Source of the DNA: an uncultured delta proteobacterium
GTDB lineage: Bacteria > Desulfobacterota > Desulfobacteria > Desulfobacterales > Desulfosalsimonadaceae
Reading direction: 5' to 3'
Assembly (NCBI GenBank): GCA_963826785.1
Contig: CAWGYD010000005.1
Location: 128,001 to 192,000, forward strand
DNA: 64,000 bases
Each line of letters opens with the position of its first letter. The first letter of the stretch is position 1. This document shows positions 49,914-60,190 of the stretch, one piece after another. The notes under the pieces are model-generated. The model was not told the DNA's origin. It was given only the letters and a program-made list of their open reading frames with translations, and made no database searches. The translations under genes were made by a program, and so were the position numbers.

Positions 49914-52664
49914 ATGAGCATGGCGAAATTGAAGCGCTGGACGCTGGGGTTGCTTGCAGCGGCGTTCGTTCTTTTTATACTGAATGACATTCTGATCCTG
50001 CTGTTTCTGGATGAGGTGGTCGACTACTGGTGGTTTTCCACCCTCGGATACGGCGGATTTTACCTGCTGCGGCTCTTCTACCGCTATCTCATCTTCGGGG
50101 TGTCCACCCTCGTTTTGTTCCTGATCTTTTTCCTCAATTTCTGGGTCGCATCCCGGTTTCTGGGTAGCGCGAGTCCGCCTTCCAGCGATACCGGGAAAAA
50201 AAGATTGTCATTTCCGGCAATGGTCCGGCATTTCAGGTCCGGGTCCATGACAGTCTATGCCCCCCTTTCCCTGGTGCTGGCCATCTTTATCGCCATTCCC
50301 CTGTTTCAGAAATGGCAGGCGTTCCTCTTCTATGTTTTCGGACCGTCTTCGGGCATACCGGATCCCGCCTACGGAATGGACGCCAGTTTCTATACCTTCA
50401 AGTATCCGATCTACATCCTGCTTCAAAACCGCCTGATGCTGGTTTCGGTCATCCTGCTGGCGGCATCGGCCCTCCTGTACTGGATTGAACGAAGGACCCT
50501 GTACAAGTCGGGGGGAAGTCTGCCCCGGGGCGCCAGGATTCATCTCAACATCCTGGCTCTTTTTGTCATTGCCATATACGGCTGGTCTTTCATGCTCCAG
50601 CGGTACGGACTGCTGTACGACCGGGCGCACATGGACCTGTTCTTCGGCCCCGGCTACACCCAGATGACCGTCATCCTGCCGCTGATCTGGGGGTGCCTGG
50701 CCCTGTGGATCATCGCCGCCCTGGCCGTGCTCTACTTACTGAATTTCCGCAAGCGGATCATACCGGTGACGGCGATTGTCCTGCTGTTTGCGGGGATGCT
50801 GGGCCTGCGCTATTCCGCTTTCCTGCCCAACATCGTCCAGCGATACATCGTGAACCCCAATGAATACACCATGGAAGCGCCTTACATGGCCAGGAATATC
50901 GCCGCCACGCTGGAGGCGTATAAATTGACCGATGTGGACGTGCGGGAGTACAAGGTCAAGTACGACCTCCTGGAAGAGACGGCCAGGGCCATCCGCCTCA
51001 ACCTGGCCAGCATCCCGGTGTGGGACCGGGAACTGCTGGACAAGGTCTACGATCAGGTACAGGCCATTCGTCCCTACTATGAGTTCAACGGCGTGGACGT
51101 GGGCCGGTACACGGTGGAGGATCGATACCAGCAGGTGAACCTGGCCGCCCGGGAGATCAACCTGGACAAGCTCCCCTTACATGCACAGAACTGGATCAAC
51201 ACCCATTTCCAATACACGCACGGCTATGGAGTGGTGATGAATCCCGCGGCCCAGAGCGGCGAGGAATTCATGGTCTGGTATCTCAGCGGGATCAAGCCCG
51301 AATCCAACTATGAGCTGCCCGTGCCCCAGCCTTCCATTTATCACGGGCTGGAAAATTATCACTACGTGATTGCCCCCAACAAGATCGGCGAACTGGATTA
51401 TCCCATGGGGGATACGTTCGCCTCCTCGAATTATTCAGGGGATGTGGGCATCCCTTTGAGCTCCATCTGGAAGAAACTGCTGTTTGCCATCTATTTCAAG
51501 GACCGCAACATCCTGTTTACCACCAAAACCACGGATGACAGCCGTATCCTGTTCCGGCGCAACATCCGGGAAGCCATCGGCGTCCTGACCCCGTTTTTCG
51601 AGCTCGATCGGGATCCTTATATCACCCTTACCCCAGAAGGCCTTTTCTGGATTCAGGACGCGTATATCACGAGCGAATATTTTCCCTATTCCATGCCGTT
51701 TGACGGCAAACGAAATTATATCCGCAACTCGGTAAAGATCACGGTCAACGCGTATTCGGGACAGGTCGATTTTTATATCGCCGACCCGGAGGACATGTTT
51801 ATCCGGGCTTACGACCGCATGTACCCGGGGCTGTTGAAGCCGCTGAACATGATGCCCAAAGACCTGCAGAAACACATCCGGTATCCCAAGGATATCTTCA
51901 AGGTCCAGATGGGCGTCTACCAGAAGTACCACCAGACCAACACGGAAACCTTCTACCGGGAGGAGGACCTCTGGGAATTCGCCGAACAGCCGGAGAGCGA
52001 AATCGCCAGCATCGGGCGCGGTCCCATGGATCCCTATTTCCTGACCATCAACCTGATTGACCCGACCCGCCGGGAATATCTCCTGCTCTCTCCCATGAAC
52101 CCGGTGAACCGGCCCAATCTGCGGGCCCTGGCCATCGCGGGATGCGACGGGGAGCACTACGGGAAGTTCTACATATACAGCTTTCCCCGGGGGGAACAGG
52201 TGTACGGTCCGGGGCAGATCAGCGCCCTGATCAACCAGGACACCTATATCGCCGAGCAGTTCACCCTGTGGGACCAGGCCGGGTCCGAGGTGAAGCGGGG
52301 GCGCATGATCATTCTTCCCATCGGTCATCAGGTATTCTACATCCAGCCCATCTACCTGACGGCTACCGGGAACCTCAATATCCCCCAGCTGCAGCGGCTG
52401 ATCATCAGCCAGGGCGATGTGGTGGCCATGGATGTCTCCCTGGAAAAAGCCTTCCGGCGCGTGGAAAACGAGCTGATCACCCAAATGAAGTATCAGGCCG
52501 CACCCATGGGCGCGACGCCGAAGACCCAGGCGCCCGCGCCCAATGCGGAAGTGCTGCCGGGAAATCGGAAGCCGCCCCCAAAACTGCCCGTGCCGGAGCC
52601 CACCCCGCCGCCCGGCGTCAAGAAACAGGTCCCGGTACCGAACGCCGGTGCCGGCGCCCATTAG
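49914..52664 (+). CDS. UPF0182 family membrane protein
   Basis: WWFSTLGY, DPAYGMDASFY, VNPNE, QAIRPYY, YTHGYG, DPY, NYIRNSVK, RYPKDIF, YIQPIY. Confidence 0.93.
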   Translation: MSMAKLKRWTLGLLAAAFVLFILNDILILLFLDEVVDYWWFSTLGYGGFYLLRLFYRYLIFGVSTLVLFLIFFLNFWVASRFLGSASPPSSDTGKKRLSFPAMVRHFRSGSMTVYAPLSLVLAIFIAIPLFQKWQAFLFYVFGPSSGIPDPAYGMDASFYTFKYPIYILLQNRLMLVSVILLAASALLYWIERRTLYKSGGSLPRGARIHLNILALFVIAIYGWSFMLQRYGLLYDRAHMDLFFGPGYTQMTVILPLIWGCLALWIIAALAVLYLLNFRKRIIPVTAIVLLFAGMLGLRYSAFLPNIVQRYIVNPNEYTMEAPYMARNIAATLEAYKLTDVDVREYKVKYDLLEETARAIRLNLASIPVWDRELLDKVYDQVQAIRPYYEFNGVDVGRYTVEDRYQQVNLAAREINLDKLPLHAQNWINTHFQYTHGYGVVMNPAAQSGEEFMVWYLSGIKPESNYELPVPQPSIYHGLENYHYVIAPNKIGELDYPMGDTFASSNYSGDVGIPLSSIWKKLLFAIYFKDRNILFTTKTTDDSRILFRRNIREAIGVLTPFFELDRDPYITLTPEGLFWIQDAYITSEYFPYSMPFDGKRNYIRNSVKITVNAYSGQVDFYIADPEDMFIRAYDRMYPGLLKPLNMMPKDLQKHIRYPKDIFKVQMGVYQKYHQTNTETFYREEDLWEFAEQPESEIASIGRGPMDPYFLTINLIDPTRREYLLLSPMNPVNRPNLRALAIAGCDGEHYGKFYIYSFPRGEQVYGPGQISALINQDTYIAEQFTLWDQAGSEVKRGRMIILPIGHQVFYIQPIYLTATGNLNIPQLQRLIISQGDVVAMDVSLEKAFRRVENELITQMKYQAAPMGATPKTQAPAPNAEVLPGNRKPPPKLPVPEPTPPPGVKKQVPVPNAGAGAH

Positions 52665-52682
52665 CGCCGGCAGGTGGTGAGG

Positions 52683-53288
52683 CTACACCTGATCACCGAA
52701 TGAGCGTGCAACGGTTTTGGCGAGCGCCAGCGTGTGCTTGCGGATTTCCTGGTCGGTTCTCCCGGGGTATCGGGCATAGCTGATCATGATGCCGTTTAAT
52801 GCGGAGAAGAGCGCATGTGCCCGCAGCCGGCTGTCCGGTGCGGGGGAAGTCCGCGCAAGGGCCTGTTCAATATGGTCCATCAGCCTGCGCATGATGGTAT
52901 TTAGCTTATCCGCGCCACGGGCCGACATTTCGCCCCCCAGCATGAAGTGGCCCATCATCTGGTAAAACGTCATGTGGTCGTTTAAATAGTCGATGTAGCA
53001 TTCACAGAGCCGGTGAAGGGACATGCCGGACGATTGGTTTTCCGCTTCCAGCAGCTCTGCGATTTCCTGTGCGTTTTGAAGAAAGATGTCTAAAAACAGC
53101 CCGGTCATGTTCTCATAGTAGTTGTACAGCGTCCCCACGCTGACGCCGGCCCGCCCGGCGATTTCGCGCACGGTCACGGACCGGAAATCACGCTCCGCAA
53201 AAAGGTCCCGGGCCGCATCCAGGATGAGCTTTCGCCGGGCCTGCCTTTCCCTTAGCTTCAAATTTTTCAGATTGTTTTCAGCATTCAT
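52683..53288 (-). CDS. TetR/AcrR family transcriptional regulator
   Basis: ILDAARDLF...VTVREIAGRAGVSVGTLYNYY. Confidence 0.92.
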   Translation of the reverse strand: MNAENNLKNLKLRERQARRKLILDAARDLFAERDFRSVTVREIAGRAGVSVGTLYNYYENMTGLFLDIFLQNAQEIAELLEAENQSSGMSLHRLCECYIDYLNDHMTFYQMMGHFMLGGEMSARGADKLNTIMRRLMDHIEQALARTSPAPDSRLRAHALFSALNGIMISYARYPGRTDQEIRKHTLALAKTVARSFGDQV

Positions 53289-53352
53289 GGCAAAGATGTT
53301 TTATGTGCACGGATTTATATGGGTAATCCCTCGCGTTTTCGGCATGGCCGCC

Positions 53353-54621
53353 CTACTTTTTGCCCTCAAAGACCCGTTCCATATCTTCATCCGTGTAACA
53401 GCGCTCCGTCTCGTCCGGGTTTCCGGCATCGTCTTCCATCTGCCGGCGGTCATAGGCCGGATCGAGCACCTCGTTGTAATATTCATGCTGGATCAGCAGG
53501 TTCATGATTTCGCTGGTGCCGGTCCAGATCATGCCCAGCCGGGTGTCCCGCAATGCCCGTTCGATGGGGAATACGTCGGTGTAGCCGATGCCGCCCATGA
53601 TCTGCATGGCATGGTTGACCACTTCCCAGGCCGATTCCGTGGCAAAGCGCTTGGCCTCGCTCACCAGCCGGCGGACGTTGGGGACGTTTTCGTCCACGGC
53701 CCGGGCCGCCATGAAGGAAATGGCCCTGGCCGCGTCGAGCTTGGTAATGGAATCGGCCACCAGGAAGTTGATCCCCTGGTATTTCCGGATTTCCTTGCCG
53801 AAGGCCCGGCGGCGGTTGGAATAGCGCACCGCCAGATCCAGTGCGCCCCATGTCCCCAGGCAGCCCGCGGCCGATGTCAGCCGTTCCGGGATCATCATCT
53901 GGTGGAAGCAGAGCGCTCCGCCATGGAGTTCGCCCAGCAGGTTTTCCCTGGGGACCCTGACATCCCGAAACACCAGCCGGCCGGTTCCGCCGCCCCGGCA
54001 TCCCAGCAGGCCGTACTGGTACTCGGTGGTGACCCCGGGGCCCCGCTCCACGATGAGCAGGCTGATGCGGCTGTATTTATGCGCGCTGGGCGTAAAATTC
54101 GTGCGGCAGTAGACCAGGAAGAAGTCGGCCCCCTCGGCCCCCACCACGAATCGTTTCATGCCGTTCAGGATGAAATGGTCGCCGTGGAGTTCCGCCCGGG
54201 TCATGGCCCCGAAAAAGTCGGAGCCGCCCCGGGGTTCGGTCAGGGCTTCTGCGGAAACCAGCTTTCCCGCAAGATACGGTTTGAGATATTTCTCCTTCTG
54301 CGCCTCGGTGCCGAAAATGTTCAAGGCTTCCCCAACGATGGAGGGCATGACGAACGCGCAGCCCAGGGCCATGCCCAGGCACCCGATTTCTTCGGCCGCG
54401 GCCACTTCCGCCACCCAGCTCATGCCGCGTCCGCCGTATTTTTTGGGAAACCGGAGGCCAAACAGGTTGCGCGCGGCCAGCTTTTCCACGAATTCCCGGG
54501 GGTAGATGATCTCGTCCTTGTCCATTTTGCGCAGAAATTCGCTGGAGATTTCTTCCTTTACGAATTGGCGCACCTCTTTTTTGACTGCTTGTTCCTCGGG
54601 CGTCAGCAGAAAATCATACAT
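53353..54621 (-). CDS. Acyl-CoA dehydrogenase
   Basis: FPKKYGG, ALTEPRGGSD, LNGMKRFV, RRAFGKEI, QIMGGIGY, IWTGTSEI. Confidence 0.93.
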   Translation of the reverse strand: MYDFLLTPEEQAVKKEVRQFVKEEISSEFLRKMDKDEIIYPREFVEKLAARNLFGLRFPKKYGGRGMSWVAEVAAAEEIGCLGMALGCAFVMPSIVGEALNIFGTEAQKEKYLKPYLAGKLVSAEALTEPRGGSDFFGAMTRAELHGDHFILNGMKRFVVGAEGADFFLVYCRTNFTPSAHKYSRISLLIVERGPGVTTEYQYGLLGCRGGGTGRLVFRDVRVPRENLLGELHGGALCFHQMMIPERLTSAAGCLGTWGALDLAVRYSNRRRAFGKEIRKYQGINFLVADSITKLDAARAISFMAARAVDENVPNVRRLVSEAKRFATESAWEVVNHAMQIMGGIGYTDVFPIERALRDTRLGMIWTGTSEIMNLLIQHEYYNEVLDPAYDRRQMEDDAGNPDETERCYTDEDMERVFEGKK

Positions 54622-54657
54622 GGACCGGCCTCCTTTTCACATGGGTTTACTGAAAAA

Positions 54658-54699
54658 TGAACATTGATCAATTTAATGAGCATCGCTCAAAATTGTCAA
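54658..54699 (-). promoter_or_regulatory. Sigma-70 promoter with two operator-like palindromes (acyl-CoA dehydrogenase/TetR operon)
   Basis: TTGACA (54699-54694), 18 nt, TAAATT (54675-54670); TGAGC-ATC-GCTCA (54677-54689) in the spacer and TGAAC-ATT-GATCA (54658-54670). Confidence 0.6.
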
Positions 54700-54843
54700 G
54701 CCAAATTGAAAACGGCGACGGGAAGAAATTTGCGTAAAAGGCCCTTCCAGGACATTGAAAGGCTTTTCATAATAATTATTTTACGCTCAGTTAAACGTGG
54801 AAGCGTTTGATGTTGTAAATAATTGCTTGAAGGAGGTGTTAAA

Positions 54844-55284
54844 ATGATGAGACCAATCGATATGCTGCCTGCTTTGAGTTTTAATGATCGGCCCGGTGAA
54901 CTGGTAAATCGTTTTCTCGAGGACTGGCAGCGGCCGTTTTTTGCCTCGAACCAGTGGGATGCATGGTTTCCGGCCGCAGATATCAGGGAAACGGACCAGC
55001 ACTATGAACTGAGCATCGAGGTGCCGGGAATCGACATGAAGGACCTGGATATCGCCTATGATCAGGGCCACCTGATTGTAAAAGGCGAAAAGACGAAGGA
55101 AAGCACCACTGAACATGAAAACTGTTACTGTTCGGAACGATTTTCCGGCAGGTTCGAGAGGCGGTTTCCGATTTCCGGAAGGGTGGCGGAAGACGGGATC
55201 AGGGCCACGTTGAAAAATGGGGTGTTGACGGTGACGCTGCCCAAGGCTGAAGAAAGCAGGCCGAAAAAAATTGAGATCCACTAA
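54844..55284 (+). CDS. Hsp20/alpha-crystallin small heat-shock protein
   Basis: PAADIRE, EVPGI, ERFSGRFERRF, ATLKNGVLTVTLPK, KKIEI. Confidence 0.93.
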   Translation: MMRPIDMLPALSFNDRPGELVNRFLEDWQRPFFASNQWDAWFPAADIRETDQHYELSIEVPGIDMKDLDIAYDQGHLIVKGEKTKESTTEHENCYCSERFSGRFERRFPISGRVAEDGIRATLKNGVLTVTLPKAEESRPKKIEIH

Positions 55285-55315
55285 AAAACCACTGCATTTC
55301 TATCGTGCAGTCACT

Positions 55316-55362
55316 ATACAGTAAAGGCGCCGCCGGTTTCCGGCGGCGCCTTTATTGTATTG
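55316..55362 (+). terminator. Intrinsic, probably bidirectional, terminator
   Basis: ATACAGTAAAGGCGCCGCCGG-TTT-CCGGCGGCGCCTTTATTGTAT. Confidence 0.85.
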
Positions 55363-55555
55363 TGACAGGCTTAAGCGGTAAAGACGCTCTGCAGGCTGCC
55401 TTTTGGCCGCCATTTCGCTGCGCTTCCCATCGATGCCGCTCAATCCTCCCGCTCAATCCTCATGATTGATAAATGGACGCCAAAAGATTATCTCTTTATA
55501 TGGCCTGAAAGAAAAGTTTGTGCATTTTTCAAAAGCGCGGAAAAGGAGGACGGAC

Positions 55556-56311
55556 ATGAATCATCGACTGGTACTGCTGCGGCACGGACAGAGCCAATGG
55601 AACCTGGAGAACCGGTTTACGGGATGGACCGATGTGGACCTGAGCGAAAAGGGGACTGAGGAGGCCAACAAAGCCGCGGATATTTTGATTGAAAAGGGCT
55701 TTGAGTTCGACGTGGCCTTCACCTCGGTGCTCAAGCGCGCCATTCGCACCCTGTGGATCGTGCTTGACCGGATGGACCGGATGTGGATTCCGGTTCATCG
55801 CTCCTGGCGCCTGAACGAGCGGATGTACGGCGCGCTCCAGGGTTTGAACAAGGCGGAAACCGCCAGGGAACATGGGGATGAGCAGGTCCACATCTGGCGC
55901 AGGAGTTATGATATCCCGCCGCCGGAATTAAAGGCGGATGATGATCGATTTCCCGGCCGCGACCCCCGGTATGCGGATCTGGATAAACGCGATCTGCCCC
56001 GCACGGAAAGCCTCAAAAACACGATCGATCGGTTCATGCCGTACTGGCACGACGCCATCGCACCGGTTTTGAAGAGCGGCAAGCGGGTGATCATCTCCGC
56101 CCACGGCAACAGCCTGCGGGGGCTGGTCAAGTTTTTCGATCAGATGTCCGAAGAAGAGATCACGGGATTGAATATTCCCACCGGCATCCCCCTGATCTAT
56201 GAGCTGGATGAAAAACTGAGGCCGCTGGACAAGTATTATCTCGGTGATCCGGATGAAGTCGCCAAAGCCGCCGATGCCGTGGCCAGACAGGGTGCTGCCG
56301 GCGACCACTGA
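55556..56311 (+). CDS. gpmA: 2,3-bisphosphoglycerate-dependent phosphoglycerate mutase
   Basis: [48 protein letters not shown]. Confidence 0.96.
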   Translation: MNHRLVLLRHGQSQWNLENRFTGWTDVDLSEKGTEEANKAADILIEKGFEFDVAFTSVLKRAIRTLWIVLDRMDRMWIPVHRSWRLNERMYGALQGLNKAETAREHGDEQVHIWRRSYDIPPPELKADDDRFPGRDPRYADLDKRDLPRTESLKNTIDRFMPYWHDAIAPVLKSGKRVIISAHGNSLRGLVKFFDQMSEEEITGLNIPTGIPLIYELDEKLRPLDKYYLGDPDEVAKAADAVARQGAAGDH

Positions 56312-56415
56312 GATCCGCCACGCCATAGGAAATACCTGATGGGATTTTTCTGTTCGGGAAAGCCCCTGCTCATTTTCATTTTTACCGCCAGGCGTATCTG
56401 TGGTAAACAAAATGA

Positions 56416-56549
56416 TGATGAACCCGTAAAAAGTCCAAAGTTCGTCACTCCGGTGAAAACCGGAGTCTATAACCAACTTGGTTTGTAGTAGATTCCGGCC
56501 TCCGCTGGAATGACGAAAGCGTAAAATCCGACTTTTTACGGCCTCATCA
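56416..56549. mobile_element. MITE-like non-autonomous element enclosing a REP-like doublet
   Basis: Terminal IRs TGATGAACCCGTAAAAAGTC / GACTTTTTACGGCCTCATCA (18/20); inner IR 56441-56469 / 56489-56517; flanked by ATGA on both sides. Confidence 0.68.
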
Positions 56550-56585
56550 ATGACGGCTTTCACCAGAATCACATAAGGACGATTA

Positions 56586-57071
56586 ATGTTATCAGATGAA
56601 CTTGAAAGATTGAAAAAGCTTCTGGACCAGGGGGCCATTGACGAGGAGGAATATAAAACCGCCAAGAAGCGGATCCTCGAATCCACCCCGCCCATCGACA
56701 TCCATGCGGAACCGGTCGACGGATACCAGTTGTTCGGCCTGGCCCCCAATACGTATGCCATGATGATCCACCTGTCCCAGTTTGCCGTTTTTGTACTGCC
56801 CCTGGCCGGTTGCGTTCTCCCCATCGTTCTCTGGCTTCTGGGCAAGGATAAGGACGGATTCGTGGACCGGCACGGCCGTGCGGCGGTCAACTGGATCATC
56901 AGTGAATTTATTTACGGGATCGTGTTCGGCGTTCTGATCTTTGTCTTGATCGGGATTCCGCTGATGATGGTGCTGGTGATTCTCGGCGTTATTTTTCCCA
57001 TCTTCGCCGCCATTGCAGCCAATGATTACAGGGAGTATACGTACCCGTTATCCATCCAGTTCCTGAAATAG
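56586..57071 (+). CDS. SHOCT + DUF4870 (Tic20-like) membrane protein
   Basis: ELERLKKLLDQGAIDEEEYKTAKKRIL; HLSQF, HGRAAVNW, YTYPLSIQF. Confidence 0.85.
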   Translation: MLSDELERLKKLLDQGAIDEEEYKTAKKRILESTPPIDIHAEPVDGYQLFGLAPNTYAMMIHLSQFAVFVLPLAGCVLPIVLWLLGKDKDGFVDRHGRAAVNWIISEFIYGIVFGVLIFVLIGIPLMMVLVILGVIFPIFAAIAANDYREYTYPLSIQFLK

Positions 57072-57082
57072 CACAGGAGAAA

Positions 57083-58687
57083 ATGGACCCAGGCGAACCC
57101 TATCTGAGCCCGGCAGGCTGCGTGCTGGCCATCGACCTGGGCAGCGGCAGCGTCAAGTCCGCCGTTGTATCCGAAAACGGCGATGTGATTTCGTGTGCCG
57201 CCGAACCCATCGACACGTTTTTTCTTCCGGGGGGCGGCGCGGAGCAGGATCCGGAACAGTGGTGGGGGGCGGCGAAGCGGACGGCTTCAAATGCGCTGGC
57301 ACAATCGGGGATCTCGTCTTCGCAGGTTGCCGCAGTCGCCTGCGATTCCCAGTGGTCGGTGGTGGTTCCGGTGGACGAACAGGCGCATCCGCTGGCCAAT
57401 GCCGTCCATTGGCTCGATACGCGGGGCGGGCCCCATAACCGCGCCCTGGCCGGGGGATTTCCGGCAATCGACGGCTATAACCTGTTCAAGCTGCGTAAAT
57501 GGATTGGCCTCACCGGCCTGGTTCCCACCCATTCGGGCGTCGACTCCCTGGGCCATGTCCTGTACCTCAAGCATGAGCAGCCCGACCTGTATTGCCGCAC
57601 CCACAAATTCCTGGAGCCGATGGATTACCTCACTTCCCGGCTGACCGGGAAAATCAGTGCCACCCAGAAGACCATGTCCCCCTTCATGGTTTCGGAAAAC
57701 CGTACATGGGGGCAAACCCGATACAGCGACGTCCTTTTGAAAATGGCCGGCCTGGAGCGGGACAAGTTCCCGGAGATGATCGAAAACAACGGCATCGCCG
57801 GCACGCTGGCGCCGGGCCCAGCAGCGGAGCTGGGGCTCTCTTCATCGGTGAAGGTGATTGCTGGCATCGGCGATTCAAACGTGAGCGCCATCGGGTCCGG
57901 GGCCATCGACGACTACGAGGCGGTTATCTATATCGGCACCTCCATGTACATGACCTTTCACGTGCCGTTTAAGAAAACCGATATCCTGCGCATGATGACC
58001 GTGCTGCCCAGCCCCTTTCCCGGCCGCTATTACCTGCTGGGGGAGCAGGGGGCCGGCGGCCGATGCCTCCAGTTTTTTCTGCATCAGCTCATCTACCCCA
58101 AAGACGGGTTCGGCAGCGGCGAACTCCCCGATGACGCCTATGAGCGGTTCAATGCCATGGCCGCATCGTCTACGCCGGGGAGCAACGGCGTCATTTTCCT
58201 CCCCTGGCTCAACGGCTCCATCATCCCCAATGAAGATGCCCATATGCGAGGCGGTTTCATAAACCTGTCCTTCAACACGAACCGGGGGGATATGGCCCGG
58301 GCGGTGATGGAGGGCCTGGCCTTCAACAACCGCTGGACCCGGGAGTCGGCCGAGGCCTTTGCCGGCAGGAAAATCCCCCATTTCCGGTTTTCCGGCGGGG
58401 GCGCCCAGAGCGATCTCTGGGCCCAGATCCACGCCGATGTGCTCGGCGTGCCAATTCATCAGGTAGAAGACCCGGTCAACGCCACGGTCCGGGGGTGCGC
58501 ACTTCTGGCGCAGGTCTGCCTGGGGCAGCGCAGCCTGGCCCGGACCGCGTCTATGATCCGCATCCGCCGCGTCTTTGAGCCGGACCCGGCAAACGCTCCT
58601 GTTTACGATAAGATGTATCGCCAGTACCGGCAGTTGTTTAAACGCAACCGGAAGATTTTTCACGCGCTCAATGGTCCACCGAACTGA
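57083..58687 (+). CDS. FGGY-family carbohydrate kinase (xylulokinase-like)
   Basis: LAIDLGSGSVK, AEQDPEQWW, WLDTR, GIGD, IGTS, FLPWLNG, RAVMEG, SGGGAQSDLWAQI. Confidence 0.9.
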   Translation: MDPGEPYLSPAGCVLAIDLGSGSVKSAVVSENGDVISCAAEPIDTFFLPGGGAEQDPEQWWGAAKRTASNALAQSGISSSQVAAVACDSQWSVVVPVDEQAHPLANAVHWLDTRGGPHNRALAGGFPAIDGYNLFKLRKWIGLTGLVPTHSGVDSLGHVLYLKHEQPDLYCRTHKFLEPMDYLTSRLTGKISATQKTMSPFMVSENRTWGQTRYSDVLLKMAGLERDKFPEMIENNGIAGTLAPGPAAELGLSSSVKVIAGIGDSNVSAIGSGAIDDYEAVIYIGTSMYMTFHVPFKKTDILRMMTVLPSPFPGRYYLLGEQGAGGRCLQFFLHQLIYPKDGFGSGELPDDAYERFNAMAASSTPGSNGVIFLPWLNGSIIPNEDAHMRGGFINLSFNTNRGDMARAVMEGLAFNNRWTRESAEAFAGRKIPHFRFSGGGAQSDLWAQIHADVLGVPIHQVEDPVNATVRGCALLAQVCLGQRSLARTASMIRIRRVFEPDPANAPVYDKMYRQYRQLFKRNRKIFHALNGPPN

Positions 58688-58704
58688 CCCGAAAGGAATC
58701 GCAA

Positions 58705-60123
58705 ATGGCGGAAAAGACAGACACGGCAGCGCCCGAGGACCCCTTCAAACCCTACAAGGGGCGATTTGAAACCATCGACCGCATCCCCGAAAGCGGCCGG
58801 GACAAAGAGGATCTGTTAAAAGAGATCGCCGTCATGGCCGAGGAGGAAAACGCCCGATGGCAAACGGGCAAGGTGTCGGGCACCTTCTACCATGCCGGGG
58901 AGGCGCACCGGGCGTTTTTAAACCGGGTGTTTTCCTTTTTTTCTCATGCGAACACGATCCAGTTCGACATCTGCCCCTCGATGGCCAAGTTCGAAAGCGA
59001 AGTGATCGCCATGACGGCCAAAATGCTCCACGCCGAAGCCGCCGCCGCGCATCATCCGGATGACCGGGTGTGCGGCACCATGACCTCGGGGGGAAGCGAG
59101 AGCATCGCCATGGCCATGAAGGTCTACCGGGACAAGGCCCTGGCGGAAAAGGAAATTCAACATCCGGAAATCATCCTGCCCGACACCGCCCATCCGGCGT
59201 TTCACAAGGCCGGGCAGTACTTCGGCATCCGGATGGTGATCGTCCCCACCAGTGCGCCGGACTTCCGGGTCGACCCGGCGGCCATGGCGGAGCGGATCAA
59301 CGGCAACACCGTGGCCGTGGTGGGAAGCGCCGGAAATTACCCCTACGGGCTGATCGATCCCCTGGGTAAATTATCGGATCTCGCCCTGGCGCACAACCTG
59401 TGGTTCCACGTGGACGGATGCCTGGGCGGGTTCATCCTTCCCTGGATCGAAAAGCTGGGCTACCCCGTTGAACCCTTTGACTTCCGGCTGCCCGGCGTCA
59501 CCTCCATGTCCGCCGACACCCATAAGTTCGGCTATGCCCTGAAGGGGACCTCGGTGGTGCTCTATCGGAATACGGAATTCCGGAAGTACCAGTATTTTTC
59601 ATATCCGGACTGGTCCGGCGGCATCTATGCCTCCCCCACCTCCGCCGGCAGCCGCTCAGGCGGGCTCAGCGCGGCGACATGGGCATCCATGAACTACCTG
59701 GGCGAAGAAGGGTATCTCCGGGCCGCCCGGGCCATCATGGATGTGGCCGATGAGATCAAGGAAGGGGTTCAAAAAGTTCCCGAACTGATTGTCATCGGGG
59801 AGCCCACCTTCATCATCTCTTTCCGCTCCGAAGAAATAGACGTGTTTCACATCAACGATTTCATGAAGGAAAAGGGGTGGCGCTTCAATGCCCTCCAGCT
59901 GCCGCCGGCGCTGCATTTCTGCGTGACCCTGCCCCAGACGCAGGTGCCGGGCCTGGCCGCGCGGTTCAATGCCGATCTGTCGGCCGGGGTCGCCTACGCC
60001 AAGGCGAATGCGGGCAAACCGGCCCAGAGCAGCGCCCTGTACGGCATGGCCGGCACCGTCGAAGGCAACCGGATGGTCGAAGACCTGCTCCGGAGCGTGT
60101 TCGACCACATGTATGACATCTGA
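58705..60123 (+). CDS. PLP-dependent group II enzyme, sphingosine-1-phosphate lyase-like
   Basis: SGTFYH, GTMTSGGSESI, AHPAFHKA, HVDGCLGGF, SADTHKFGYALKG (PLP Lys), YASPTSAGSRSG. Confidence 0.82.
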   Translation: MAEKTDTAAPEDPFKPYKGRFETIDRIPESGRDKEDLLKEIAVMAEEENARWQTGKVSGTFYHAGEAHRAFLNRVFSFFSHANTIQFDICPSMAKFESEVIAMTAKMLHAEAAAAHHPDDRVCGTMTSGGSESIAMAMKVYRDKALAEKEIQHPEIILPDTAHPAFHKAGQYFGIRMVIVPTSAPDFRVDPAAMAERINGNTVAVVGSAGNYPYGLIDPLGKLSDLALAHNLWFHVDGCLGGFILPWIEKLGYPVEPFDFRLPGVTSMSADTHKFGYALKGTSVVLYRNTEFRKYQYFSYPDWSGGIYASPTSAGSRSGGLSAATWASMNYLGEEGYLRAARAIMDVADEIKEGVQKVPELIVIGEPTFIISFRSEEIDVFHINDFMKEKGWRFNALQLPPALHFCVTLPQTQVPGLAARFNADLSAGVAYAKANAGKPAQSSALYGMAGTVEGNRMVEDLLRSVFDHMYDI

Positions 60124-60190
60124 CAAGATGATTTTTTTTGGCAGGGGGAAGGATGAAGTCCAATTCAAAACCAAAAAGGAGGAGGAATTC

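Noticed and set aside
53122..54660. 512-aa ORF on +, and similar long antisense ORFs (51435-52661, 21987-23069, 11522-12487, 37315-38220)
   Set aside because: Shadow frames opposite well-supported genes in GC-rich DNA, with no recognisable motifs.
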